64,000 nucleotides of DNA from Eledone cirrhosa (taxonomy: Eukaryota): NCBI GenBank assembly GCA_964016885.1, contig OZ024744.1, positions 67,394,001-67,458,000 of the forward strand, given 5' to 3'. A model generated the notes under the pieces. It was not told where the DNA came from and searched no databases. It saw nothing but the letters and a program-made list of their open reading frames with translations. Within the stretch, counting starts at the first letter, position 1. The number at the start of each line of letters is the position of its first letter. A program made the translations under genes and the position numbers. Below, in pieces: positions 36,651 through 48,095 of this stretch.

Positions 36651-38969
36651 TGAAAAGTGGAGAATAACATGGTCAACAGTAAAAAAAGGGGATTTATTTG
36701 CAGTCTAGCAATTCTTTCACTGATAGAGATGTCTAAAAATTGCTGAACACTAAAGGCAGTGCCACTCAATTTTAAATACGATCTTAACTCTATTAGATCT
36801 TCAGAAACTGTTAAAAAAATATATATGTAACCGGCAAATTTACAAATTCAAATTACATCATCAATAATAATATTAATAATAAAGATATAGAAAGAAAAGG
36901 AGGAAGAAAGTGAGATAGATACATTAAAGAAAGAAAGGAAAGGAAGGAGAAATAAGAAGAAGGAAAAATAAAAAGAGAAAGAAGAAAAGGAGAAATTATT
37001 ATAGATAGAAATATAAAGAGAGGAAGATATATAGAAGATGATATCAGATAAAGGAGAGACAAACATAAGTAAAAATAACGTAGGATAGAGAGAAGAATAG
37101 AGGGACAAATAGATGAATAAACGTTAATACACGAATGAATGTAAATAAAAATAAAAATAGATATATAAAAAATATATGAAAAAATGGTGAAAATATGATA
37201 ATGTTAAATATATTTATGTGTGTATTGGTTATTTTAATAAATAAATAAATTAATTAGTTTTAAGTTATATTATATGATAAAATAAAATGACAGAGTTGAA
37301 ATAAATTTAGGGAGAGAAATATTAAGATAAAGAGTAAAAAATAGAGATATATAAAATAAGAATGTAAATATAAGAGGTTTTGATAGATGATGACAATTAT
37401 AGTTATAATTATAATTATATGATGATGATGTTGATAATGTGATATCATAATATATCAAAGTGGTACACTCTGGGTTATTGAATAGATAAGATGGAATTAA
37501 GCTGGTCTAAAGTTCTCTAATTTAGTCGCCGATTTATGTCGACAAAAAATAGTTTTTTTCAATTTTACTGTTAAGAAGAATCTTGTTGTAATTTAAAATT
37601 TGAAAAAGTTCCATATTACAGAGACCACAGTGGGACATACCAATTTGATAGCTTTGTCCAGCTGATTTTATATTCCATGTTTGCATCTTTGAGTTACCAG
37701 ATTTTATTGGCGAGAGTCGTTGTCTTTGAGAGATTCCTGTTAGTCATAGTGTCTGTGTACGTACCACCTTTTCTTAAACTCCCCAGCTGTGGAACCAATG
37801 TAATGCCATGCTAAGCTACCTGAATTTATAGTACATAGGTATACTATATTTGTCTGTAGGCATCTATTTTGTAAAGGGCATTTGTCAGGTAGATGGCAGT
37901 TACATTTGGATGCTTTTCTATGCGCCGGTTCTTCTATATGGTTTTGTCGGTTGCTATGTATGGGCTGAGAATTGGGTTTGTTGATGTATTGTGGTGATGT
38001 GCTCTGACGTGTGTTTGGTTGTGATGATGTTATATGCTTATGTTTTGTATTAGGTGCTACGGTACTTATTTGCGTGCCACTTGTATTATAAATTCTTTTA
38101 TAGTTAATTTTATGTATGTGCGATTCTATGTTGTTGGCAGTGGAGTATGATAGTTTGATGGTGTTTCTATTAAAGATTTTATGATATTTATGAATTTTAG
38201 GGAAATGTTTGTCAACTAATTTGAAGAAAGTGTAAGGTCGCTTAGTTTTTATAGAGGAGTTAAACATTGGATTGAACCATAAGTAGTTTCTATTTCTGCA
38301 TCTTCTATAGTTATTAGCGGTATTAGTATTCTGTTCCTTTAATTTACGTGCTTGTTGCCAATTTTCATGTTTAGTCCTAGGTTTGTTGTTTCTATAGGTG
38401 TGGATGGTTCTATTAATATTAAGTGTGTTGTTATTTTTTGTATCTGGTATGGATTTGAGTCTCTCTTTATGGCCTGCCTTAAGTAAAGCTATGTTGTAGT
38501 AGTTAGCGTGTTCATTAAAAATGTCTATGTTAGAAGATAGGCGCGAGATTCAAAGGGATATACTATGTGCTATGGAGTTAATTATGGATCGAGGATGATT
38601 AGAGTTATAATCATTGTAGATAAATTTTCATTATTTTTATGGAAGGGTTCTATTAGTCTTGAGTTAAAACATCGTATTTAAAATTGACTGGCACTGCCTT
38701 TAGTGTTCAGCAATTTTTAGACATCTCTATCAGTGAAACAATTGTTAGACTGCAAATAAATCCCTTTTTTGTACTGTTGACCATGTTATTGTCCACTATT
38801 TCAATTTTATTACTCCGAGATAAACTTATATAGGAATACAAGTGAAATCATAAACTCGTCATCTACGTAAACCTCTTGTTGAGTCAAGCAACGCCGTACG
38901 CTAAAACTATCCATAATAAGAAGTATTCACATCCTTTAATTGGATTACCTATAACGATATTTTGTTATC

Positions 38970-38972
<3 letters not shown>
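36646..38972 (-). mobile_element. 5'-truncated PLE (RT thumb + GIY-YIG) with inverted pLTR at its 5' side; possibly Naiad-type
   Basis: ORF 37740-38267: IFNRNTIKLSYS, CNC..CPL..C, IVY..YIG.T..FKKRW..H; inverted repeat 36646-36790 / 38661-38808; (TA)n on both flanks. Confidence 0.88.
36701..36810 (-). ncRNA. Hammerhead ribozyme with 79-nt stem II domain (stem III mutated in this copy)
   Basis: CAGTTT-CTGAAGA-[ctaatagag...ctctatcag]-GAAA..-AGACTG; the inverted copy at 38735-38752 has intact GAAACAATTGTT-AGACTG. Confidence 0.65.
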
Positions 38973-39008
<36 letters not shown>

Positions 39009-39351
39009 TTTGTTGGTTCACCACTGGATAGAACTGGTCATTCCGTATGGTCAATCTCGATGTAATATTATGGAGAGCACTCAACGTAATGCAACTCACC
39101 CGTCTTCGTTTGTGTAGTTGGTGGTGCGAGTACGGAGTTAATTATTATAAAATAACAGGAGGCTGGACTGGTGTAAATCCTTGAAAGGTTTATTATACTA
39201 TGATCACTTCAATGACCGGGTTCAGTATGAATCCGGTGACATCATAAGCTATTCAAAATATAACAAAGGAATATAACAGATAAAATCCATGGGGCTAAAA
39301 ATCAAAGACAAGAGGACGAACGACTATTTAGCAATAAGGGTTTTATTTAAA

Positions 39352-39462
39352 GTACTGACAATTGTTTCGTTGATCAGATGTGTCTAGAGTTCGCTAATCA
39401 CTCTGTGCTGCGTCAATCGATCTCCAATACATTGTTTATAACTGTTCAACTCATCAGAGCAC
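39352..39462 (-). ncRNA. Type I hammerhead ribozyme with 82-nt stem II domain (PLE pLTR remnant 39008-39972)
   Basis: GTGCT-CTGATGA-GTTGA...TCAAC-GAAAC AATT GTC-AGTAC; palindromic stem III; decayed homolog at 15268-15378. Confidence 0.8.
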
Positions 39463-39970
39463 ATAGAAATGAAAATAATTTACTTGAGGCAAGACTTATA
39501 TAGAAAAGTAGCGTAACACCAAAACAATAACATCAATAATAAAATCACTAATAAAATAGCGTTTAAATAAAACAATAAACATCAATAGTAAAACATGTAT
39601 GGTAAATAGATGGAGAAGTTACAGATGTAAATCAATAAAATCGGATAGGGTACATTAAAGAGTAATAGTACTAATAAGAAGATGAGGAGATGGAGAATAC
39701 AAAGAAATAAAAAAAATAAAAAAATAATAAAATAAAGGAATAAAGGGGTCAGATAGTGTACATAGAATTAGATTTTAGTAGATTTTGAGAAAATGTTAAA
39801 TATTATTACTCCAAGTATAACCTGCATAGTAATTACCGCGGACTCGCTACATAGCTATGAAAACATCTTGTTGAGTCAAACAAAGCCGTACGTTAAAACT
39901 ATCCACGACCCGGAGTACTCTAAGTGGATTACACCTAACTGGATTACCTATAACGATAACTTGTTATCCC

Positions 39971-40004
<34 letters not shown>

Positions 40005-40326
40005 GTTAAATATATGTTATATATATGTTATATATATGTTATATATGTTATATCTCTCTAGGACGGGTAAAATTCCCGAGATCCATGGACGAGTTCTCTC
40101 CAGCGGTCTCTGTCCCTCATTATCGCTGCCATGTCCTGCGTCTCCAACAGACCAGTGTCTGTCCTTAGGGCATAAGCATACGTTAACCTTTGTCTTCCAC
40201 TTCCAGTGTGTCCATGTAGGGGCTCCCACAGGAGCACTGAGTGCAATGTCAACTCTGGATGTCGGTGAGCATGTCCAGCTAACCTCAGTCTCCTCTGTGT
40301 TACTTTTGAGCTGACTTTTGTTATAT

Positions 40327-40795
40327 ATATGGTGAACTAACTGTTGTGTAACCACTTCTACCTAACTCGTCCCATGGACTGAGTGCTCTACCACTACGGA
40401 TATTACCTTCCAGTGTTCCACCACTATATATATATAGGTAGAAGTGGTTACACAACAGTTAGTTCACCATACCGAGAACAATTGTTTCACCTTAGCGGAT
40501 CCTCAGCTCGTAATGGACATGGTTATAGGGCTATCTGATATTATTTACGAAGTTTCTAAAAACAGTGGGAGGGTGGCATGAATCCTTGTGAATGTAATTG
40601 AGTTTTTCGTTTAGCTTATGGAAGGGTCTGTGGGTGTGTGTGCGAAGGCCTAAATTAATGTCTAAGAAATCTACGCTAGAGATCTACTGTTATCCTAAGT
40701 CCTAACTCATTGAAGGTAGAAGCTAAGTCTTTTTTAAACCGGTCGAGGTCGTGACCACTTTTATGACTCGATAAAGTCAGTCCATTGTCGCGGTA
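40327..40795 (-). mobile_element. Internally deleted PLE with hammerhead at 40467-40516
   Basis: Minus strand VDFLDINL..PFHK..YIHKDSCHP; CGAG-CTGAGGA-tCCgctaaGGt-GAAAC AATT GTT-CTCG; short inverted tail copy 40327-40364 / 40434-40471. Confidence 0.75.
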
Positions 40796-40869
40796 TATAT
40801 ATATAAGGAAAAGCAATTGAAAATGCAACTGGAGTCGATTAAGAATATTTATTTTAAAATATTCATTTA

Positions 40870-40913
40870 TTTACTTTACCGGTTTCACAGTTCTTATGAT
40901 TTTCAAAAGTAAA
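40870..40913 (-). ncRNA. Hammerhead-like motif with variant core (TTGAAAA)
   Basis: TTTACTT-TTGAAAA-tCAtaagaacTGt-GAAAC CG GTA-AAGTAAA: 7-bp stem I, palindromic stem III. Confidence 0.55.
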
Positions 40914-41277
40914 ATTGAGATGGAGGGTTTGTGTTTCTGTTGTGGTTTGTCTCGCATCTGGTTCGTGTTCAAAAGTTCTTTATGTTTTATGCGGAAAAGT
41001 GGTTCAAAATTGCTTTTTTTAAACTAATTTGGTTGGTTGATGACTGTCACGTGAATAAGTACATCAAATTTCACGCCAGTTCACGTTCGACAATTAGAAC
41101 CTTGAACTGATCAATAGCGAGACGTGCGTCGCTACTCAATAAACATAATGAAGATATAACAAATCGTCCTTTTTATTATTATTATTACACTCTGCTTAAT
41201 TATACACCTCTATACTTACTGGAAACTATGTATCGTGTGCTCACTCTGGTGGACCTACAGTAACTGAACATTACAAC

Positions 41278-41315
<38 letters not shown>

Positions 41316-41319
<4 letters not shown>

Positions 41320-41937
41320 AAGAACACAAGAGCGTCTACAACATCAAAAGATTTTTATTGGCTTACAATGTTTCTTCCTTACGTAACCGTAGGATTCGTC
41401 AGAGCTATAAAAGGGGTTTGATTGGTGTTATGGACTCTACCAACCAAACATTCAAGAACAAAGAGTAAAGAGAGTAAAGAGCAAAAGTAGGGGACGATAA
41501 GTCTAATCCTAGATGGGGTTGGGATGTTCTTGAGTGATATAGGTAGGTAGTCTTTAGTTAGCATGCTGCCAATCAATTATAATCATACACACAAGGTGGA
41601 CAGGTTATAAGGATTTAGCTCAACCGGGGGGAGCCGTAGAAATACTTAGGTTAATAGGAGTTAGGTATTGTATACCCGTGTCCCATTAAGGTATTGGCAG
41701 CATAATAATTAGCTCTATGCTTTGGAGCAGAGCCGTATATATGAAAAAGAACACAAGAGCGTCTACAACATCAAAAGATTTTTATTGGCTTACAATGTTT
41801 CTTCCTTACGTAACCGTAGCATTCGTCAGAGCTATAAAAGGGGTTTGATTGGTGTTATGGACTCTACCAACCAAACATTCAAGAACAAAGAGTAAAGAGA
41901 GTAAAGAGCAAAAGTAGGGGACGATAAGTCTAATCCT
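41316..41937 (-). mobile_element. Non-coding 195-bp direct repeats (41316-41510, 41743-41937; period 427), each with a hammerhead (retrozyme or PLE pLTR-like)
   Basis: Repeats nearly identical; GCT-CTGACGA-aTCCTAC ggttac GTAaGGAa-GAAAC att GTA-AGC at 41361-41405 and 41788-41832. Confidence 0.8.
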
Positions 41938-44557
41938 CAGATTCTGCGTCACCATGCACATGCACTCTCATGTTAGTAGTCAGGTTTAGTTTCTGGACAT
42001 ACTCCCATAGGTAGGAAGACTTGATGCATGCGTTAACTTCGTCAGCTCTAGTGCCTCTAGTGATTACAGGAAGAGTCTGCCGAAAATCGCCAGCCATCAG
42101 TACTGTCGCTCCAACCATTACGTGTGAATTTCGACGCAAGTCCTTGAGAGTTCAGTCTAGAGCCTCAAACGCTGCCTTGTGACTCATTGTAGCCTCGTCC
42201 CAAATGATTAAACAGCACTTAGAAAGAAGGTATCCTTTAGAGTCTCCACGATTTATTCTGCAGGTAGGATTCTCCTTCTTTGCAAGGTCTATAGGCAACT
42301 GGAATGCGGAGTGTGCCGTACGACCGCTATGTAACAGTGTCGCTGCAATACCACTTGAGGCGACCGCTAAAGCAATCTGCCTGTCTTTCCGCAGCTTCGC
42401 AAGCAGTAGGTTTATGAGAAAGGTATTTTCTGTTCCGCCTGGAGCATCCAAGAAGAATAGCCGTCCCTCATTTGAAATGACACTGCCAAGAATTCTGTTA
42501 TACGCCCGTCTCTGCTCAGACAAAAGTCTGGGTTCATCTTGAGTAACCTTATCTGTCAATTCCTCGATGTTGTAATTCAACTCAAGCATGAACTCCACAT
42601 CTAAAGCACCGTCTTTATGTACAGGTTGTTGCAAACTGCCTGAATTCTAATACACCGCCAACCCCAACAGATCTTAGACGTGTATCCATGTCAATGAGGG
42701 CCTCATTGTATACATTGGCGTTGTAATGAAAGTCAGCCGCTGGTGCGCTTGCTCGTACTCTACGCAGGATGTCCTCTGACATGCTGTCCTTATGCGTTTC
42801 CCATAGCTTATGTGGCTCACCGACATTGCAGAACAGTAACATATTGCAAAACAAACGACGCATTTCTCGTGGTATTTTACATTCAGCAGCTTTTGTCAAT
42901 GCCATGTTCAGGTGGTCATCGTCCTCGAGTAACCCGCGCTTCACGCAAGCCTCCCTGTAAGCGGAAAAAATGTAGCCGTCTGAAAGTCTGAGGTCTGCAA
43001 ATGACTTGGGTCCTTTGATTCGATGGAGCAGCATTCTAAAAAAAAAATGCATTCCTGTTGCTTCGGATGAACGTTGTACACACGTCCAATGGCATTACTT
43101 TTGAATACACCTGCCCAATTCTCAACTGCCTCCCCCTGTCGCCGCGATGCCAATTTTTGTTCGACCAAGTGAAGTAGGTTGGTACCTCGACGTAAAAGAG
43201 GATAAGTGCAAACTCATCGACAGACCAAAGCTTAAAAAATGCTGTAAGAGTGGTCTCTGGTGGCTGTTGTGCAGCAAGTATGGCGTTCTCCTCCGTGAAA
43301 TAAACACGCTGTCCATTCTGTAAGTGAACATCCAAGTTAACAACTGTAGGAGAGCATTTGTGAATCTCAAGTCCAAAAATACGTCAAGCCGCCATATTGG
43401 ACGAAATGTACCTTCCCATCACGTATTGATTAATTTCGTCTGTCGGTTGCACGAGGCCCACCACCGCCATGTCGCCGCCTTTGTTGATGTATTTGCAAAT
43501 GTATTTAATGCTTTTGACAGATGTGCAGCACTCCACGTTGATGTGAGTATTGAAAATTTTAGCAAGCAAAGGGCTATAGCAAGAGGGGCCTCTATATATT
43601 AAACGTTTATTAGAAGAGGGGGAAATAACTAACGCCAGTATTAGAATAGGGGGTTCGCAATGTACGGGTTTTATTTCTTTTGTTAGAAAACAGTGACCTT
43701 TTTCGGTTTGGCATTTCGTAAAATTCTACTGCAGAATCGATTTCATAAAACGGTACTGTATGATCGTTATAGAAGTATTTAAATTTAATATAGAGCAACT
43801 GTAATGAAAAATGAAAATGAAACGTACTGTATTAACAGCAAAATAACGTTGTCTTTGATATGTTATTTTAAATAAGACAATGAATATTAAAAAAAAAATT
43901 AAATTAATTAACTCGACAACCAAAGGGCTTATAGATCCCATTCATTAAGTTTACAATGAATATAAAAAAAAACTGAATTAATTAACTCGGCAACCAAACG
44001 GCTTATAGATCCCATTCATTAAGTTTACATGCATGTATTCTTTAAACTTTTCATTTGACTTTGAAAAATACTACTTACTGTTAGTGGGGGTTAACATGTA
44101 TTAGAATTAAAATAAAAATGATATCGGAAAAAACGTAGCTGAGAAGACGCCTCCCTTCTTCGCAATTTAAGGGTTTTATTTCTTTTGATGGAAAACAGTG
44201 ACCGTTTTCGGTTTGGCATTTCGTAAAATGGTACTGCAGAATCGATTTCATAAAACGGTGCTGTATGTTAACAGCGAAAGAACGTTGATGAGTTTAAAAA
44301 TTTGTATGAAATTGTAAATAACTCAGCCAAGTATTAGAACAGGGGGAAATAACTCACCGAACGCGATAGCAAATAGACCGTTTGGGGGCCCTGGGGACGA
44401 CATTTTTCAAGTTAGAGATTTGCAACCTCGTCTATTTGCTTCCTTAGCACTTTTTACATAGGTGTGTAAATTTCATGTCCGTCCTACCACGTCTACTACC
44501 ATTTAACCGTGCACATCTGAATTTCAACCACCACCCATTTCACAAATATATATTAGA
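41938..44557 (-). mobile_element. Internally deleted Helitron with RepHel pseudogene (41938-43570)
   Basis: HINVE.C.SVKSIKYICKYINKG.D, GRYISS, VHL.NGQRVYF, FFLDAPGGT, ASSGIAATLL..GRTAHS.F, IIWDEATM, GDFRQTLPV, LTTNMR (Pif1-type helicase); 5' TC terminus at 44557. Confidence 0.92.
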
Positions 44558-45382
44558 CTAGCCGCTGAGCCCGGTTGCACCCGGGGCCACTTTTTATTAA
44601 GTTAATAATTTGAAAAATATTATTGACAGTTTATTATAAAGAAGCAGTTTCAGGAAAAAAAAATAGAAATATGCACTTGGGGCTGGACAGCGTACAATGA
44701 GAAGTGGAGCGACGTGAAAAGCGTTGTTTATTAACAGCGAAATAGCTATGTCGATGATATGCAATTTGAAAAATACTACTTACTGTTAGTGGTGGTTAAC
44801 ATGTATTAGAATTAAAATTAAAACACGCGTCCCTTCTTCGCAATTTAAGGGTTTTATTTCTTTTGATGGAAAACAGTGACCGTACTGCAGAATCGATTTC
44901 ATAAAACCGTACTGTATGATCGTTAAATGTAGAAGGATGATAGTTTATTAACAGCGAAATAGCAATGTCGATTATGTGCAAGTTTAAAAATGCATATTAT
45001 GAAGGTTTGTATGATAGTTTACACTTTTTCCTGAAACTGCTTCTTTATAATAAACTTTCAATAATATTTTTCAAATTATTGGTACTGTATGTTAACAGCG
45101 AAAGAACGTTGATGAGTTTAAAAATGTGTATGAAATTGTAAATAACTCAGCCAAGTATTAGAACAGGGGCAAATAACTCACCGAACGCGATAGTAAATAG
45201 ACCGTTTGGGGACCCTAGGGACCACATTTTTCAAGTTAGAGATTTGAAACCTCGTCTATTTGCTTTCTTGGCACTTTGTACATAGGTGTGTAAAATTTCA
45301 TGTCCGTCCGACCACGTCTATTACCATTTAACCGTGCACATCTGAATTTCAAGCACCACCCATTTCACAAATATATATTAGA
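44558..45382 (-). mobile_element. Non-autonomous Helitron unit in tandem with the previous one
   Basis: 5' A|TCTAATATATA at 45382; 3' CCCGG(g)tgcaaCCGGG hairpin + CTAG at 44558-44561; 45081-45382 duplicates 44257-44557. Confidence 0.88.
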
Positions 45383-45481
45383 TTAAGGTAAAAGACTAAT
45401 TGCCAGCGTTATCATTTATATTCTATCTCCAAACTTGCATTGTTCTGGCCTTCTAACTTCAAACGTTAATATATAAATATA

Positions 45482-45836
45482 CAATGATATTAAATAAATG
45501 GAAACTATATTTATAAAACCATATTTATTCTATTATATATATTTCAAGGGTACCTAAAAACTTTGGTACGCTTTCATCAGTTAAAATACAAAGAGTGTTT
45601 TATAAATTTTGACATAGCCAAGGAAAATCATACCTTATAAGTTAAATATTCCCTGGGAATACCAGGGAATATTCTACTTTTAAGTTATGATTTTCCTTGG
45701 CTATGTCAAAATTTATAAAACACTCTTTGTATTTTATCTGATGAAAGCGTACCAAAGTTTTTAGGTACCCTTGAAATATATAAAATAGAATAAATATGGT
45801 TTTATAAATGTAGTTTCCATTTATTTAATATCATTG
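45482..45836. repeat. Near-perfect 355-bp palindrome made of two hammerhead-bearing pLTR ends
   Basis: Arms ~175 bp with a 5-nt loop at 45657-45661; each arm has CTGATGA-AAGCGTACC..GGTACCCTT-GAAA; homologous to 51255-51351. Confidence 0.9.
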
Positions 45837-45928
45837 AATATTTACTCCAGAAAACTGTTGAGTGCTCTGAATCAGTTATAAACATTTATATTTGTTGGAT
45901 TTCCAACAAATTAAATATCCCTTCTACT

Positions 45929-45959
<31 letters not shown>

Positions 45960-45969
45960 AAATATATGT

Positions 45970-46580
45970 ATGTCAGGTCACCGGTTGGTGTTACTGGTAA
46001 CATGTATCCCAGTACAACCTGTCATGTGGTCGGGTCGTTGGCGACTAAACTGGCAACCCCACCAAGGTTTCTTGATGAGGAGGGTAACTTTGGACATCCT
46101 GCAGGACTAAAAACAAAACCTGTCAAAATGGTAAAGGAGCTCTTAAGAGTCAATGGCCATCCAAAATCACCGGGAGAGATGACCCCTTAGCCTTTGTCAA
46201 GGCAGAATTCTAGGAGAAGGAAAACTCTGATATAACACCTGCAACCCTGATGGTATCCAATGATGTTGACTTGTTCTTCTTTTTGGTAAATATCATCTTG
46301 GTTAAGAGAGTGGGACTGGCTTTGTGCAGTGCCTTTGCTCACTATAAAAGCTTCACGGCACAGGCATTGCTTTATATCTGGAGAGATATCTGCACTTGTC
46401 GCCACATGGTACCATGGGCCCAGCATTATGTGTCAATAATTGTCACAAGTGTAGTGTTTGTACCAGAGATTTCAAGTCACTGGCTGAACTAAAAAGTCAC
46501 ACTCGTTCAAGGCATCGGTAGGGGTTCTCCTACATGGATATAAAGTAGTGGCCGTACTCGAAAACGAGTTGGCAGCCACC
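45970..46580 (+). mobile_element. RTE-derived non-autonomous element (5' UTR joined to 3' end)
   Basis: 3' part encodes CSVCTRDFKSLAELKSHTRSRH* (C2H2-type terminus) then ACTCG-aaaa-CGAGT hairpin and (AT)n; GGAGAAGGAAAACTCTG motif typical of RTE 5' UTRs. Confidence 0.55.
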
Positions 46581-46696
46581 ATATATATATATATATATAT
46601 AAAGATTTACATATACATAAAGTCATAGATATATATGTTGCAACCGGTCACGTTGTGGCTCAATGAAGAATTAATAAATTAAATAATCAGAGCAAT

Positions 46697-47387
46697 ATAT
46701 CATAAATCATGTCCTTAGAATTATTAGATAAAATATATACCATTTCGTCTCCCAATTAGCATAATTAACCATATAAAAAATCAATTAGACCAGGCTATAA
46801 GAATAATGGCTCCTATGAAAAAATTTCCGACAAATAACCGAAAGCGGCCTCTTCGCGGTGGCCCCAATAGGGTATTTATCCAACATTTCAACAGCATGTA
46901 GAAACTGACTAAGTATACCGTCAACCATACACAATTAGGTGTAAAATCAAACTTAGAAGAAATGTGTACATACCGTAATTAAATCTCTACCATGGTTTCG
47001 TCCGTATTTTTAGACATCCAATTATCAGGATATCCGGAGTAACAGACTCATCAGGAGAAAATTCACAAATTAGACATTTAATTTTCCAAAGTGATCGCGC
47101 CAAAAATAGATTCAAAAATGGCTAAGAATCGTGACGTGGCAGTGCTCAAGTTACACCTAATTGTGTATGGTTGACGGTATATTTAGTCAGTTTCTACATG
47201 CTGTTGAAATGTTGGATAAAATTGGGGTCAACCGCGAAGAAGCCGCTTTCGGTTATTTGTCGAAAATTTCTTCATAGGAGCCATTATTCTTATAGCCTGG
47301 TCTAATTGATTTTTTATATGGTTAATTATGCTAATTGGGAGACGAAATGGTATATATTTTATCTAATAATTCTAAGGACATGATTTA

Positions 47388-47394
<7 letters not shown>
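46697..47394. repeat. Fold-back element (~245-bp inverted arms 46697-46944 and 47151-47394) enclosing a hammerhead
   Basis: Arms are reverse complements; right end abuts (TA)n. Confidence 0.9.
46984..47058 (-). ncRNA. Type I hammerhead ribozyme with extended stem II
   Basis: TCTC-CTGATGA-GTCTGT...ACGGAC-GAAAC CATG GTA-GAGA; palindromic stem III, GUA triplet. Confidence 0.82.
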
Positions 47395-47424
<30 letters not shown>

Positions 47425-47803
47425 AAAAGAATCAGAACCCCGACGGCAGAGCTCAAGCCGTTTCGACAGCTATTTCTGGAATAAATTAAATTTTCAGCGT
47501 GGTGTCGATATAGCCGATCACTCCAAGGGGTAATTCCATATATGGGCATGCGATAGTAAGGCATTTCTGAAGGTCGTAATTATCAAATGGAGTGGTCGAA
47601 GTTCTTTGTGAACAGTTAAAACTTTCATATATATATATATATTTATTTATTTATTTTTACCCCATAACCTTACGTTCTGCTTCGGTGTGTATATTTTTCC
47701 GTTATTTATTTTTATTTCTTGTCTTTATTTTATTATACTTCAGCTTCGCTTTCAATTCTAATAGCCATTGTTTTTAAATTCATATCTTGCGTACATATTA
47801 AAT

Positions 47804-47876
47804 TTTCATTCTGATGAGCGATTTCAGACGTCTCTGTTGAGCTCCTCTGTCTTCGTGAAACCTTTGGTAAATGGAA
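47804..47876 (+). ncRNA. Type I hammerhead ribozyme
   Basis: TTTCATT-CTGATGA-GCGA...TCGT-GAAACC ttt GGTA-AATGGAA: 7-bp stem I, GUA triplet. Confidence 0.82.
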
Positions 47877-47963
47877 TAATTGTCTTATGTTGTTTATTAC
47901 ATAATTAAATAGCTCTGTAGCATACATAGAGCAGTCTTTCCTTTACGCTTCCTACGGAAATAC

Positions 47964-48001
<38 letters not shown>

Positions 48002-48095
48002 TATATATAAAAATTAGGGGTGTCATGTCCGAGACATGCGCCATATCCACCGTAGAATAAGCTCAAAGATTCCAATGAATAGATCCGAGCATTTT

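Noticed and set aside
37580-37920. Selenocysteine recoding in the Naiad-like PLEs
   Set aside because: Conserved Cys positions (CNC, CPL..C, C.LC, C.H) are ordinary TGY codons here and at 62635-63025
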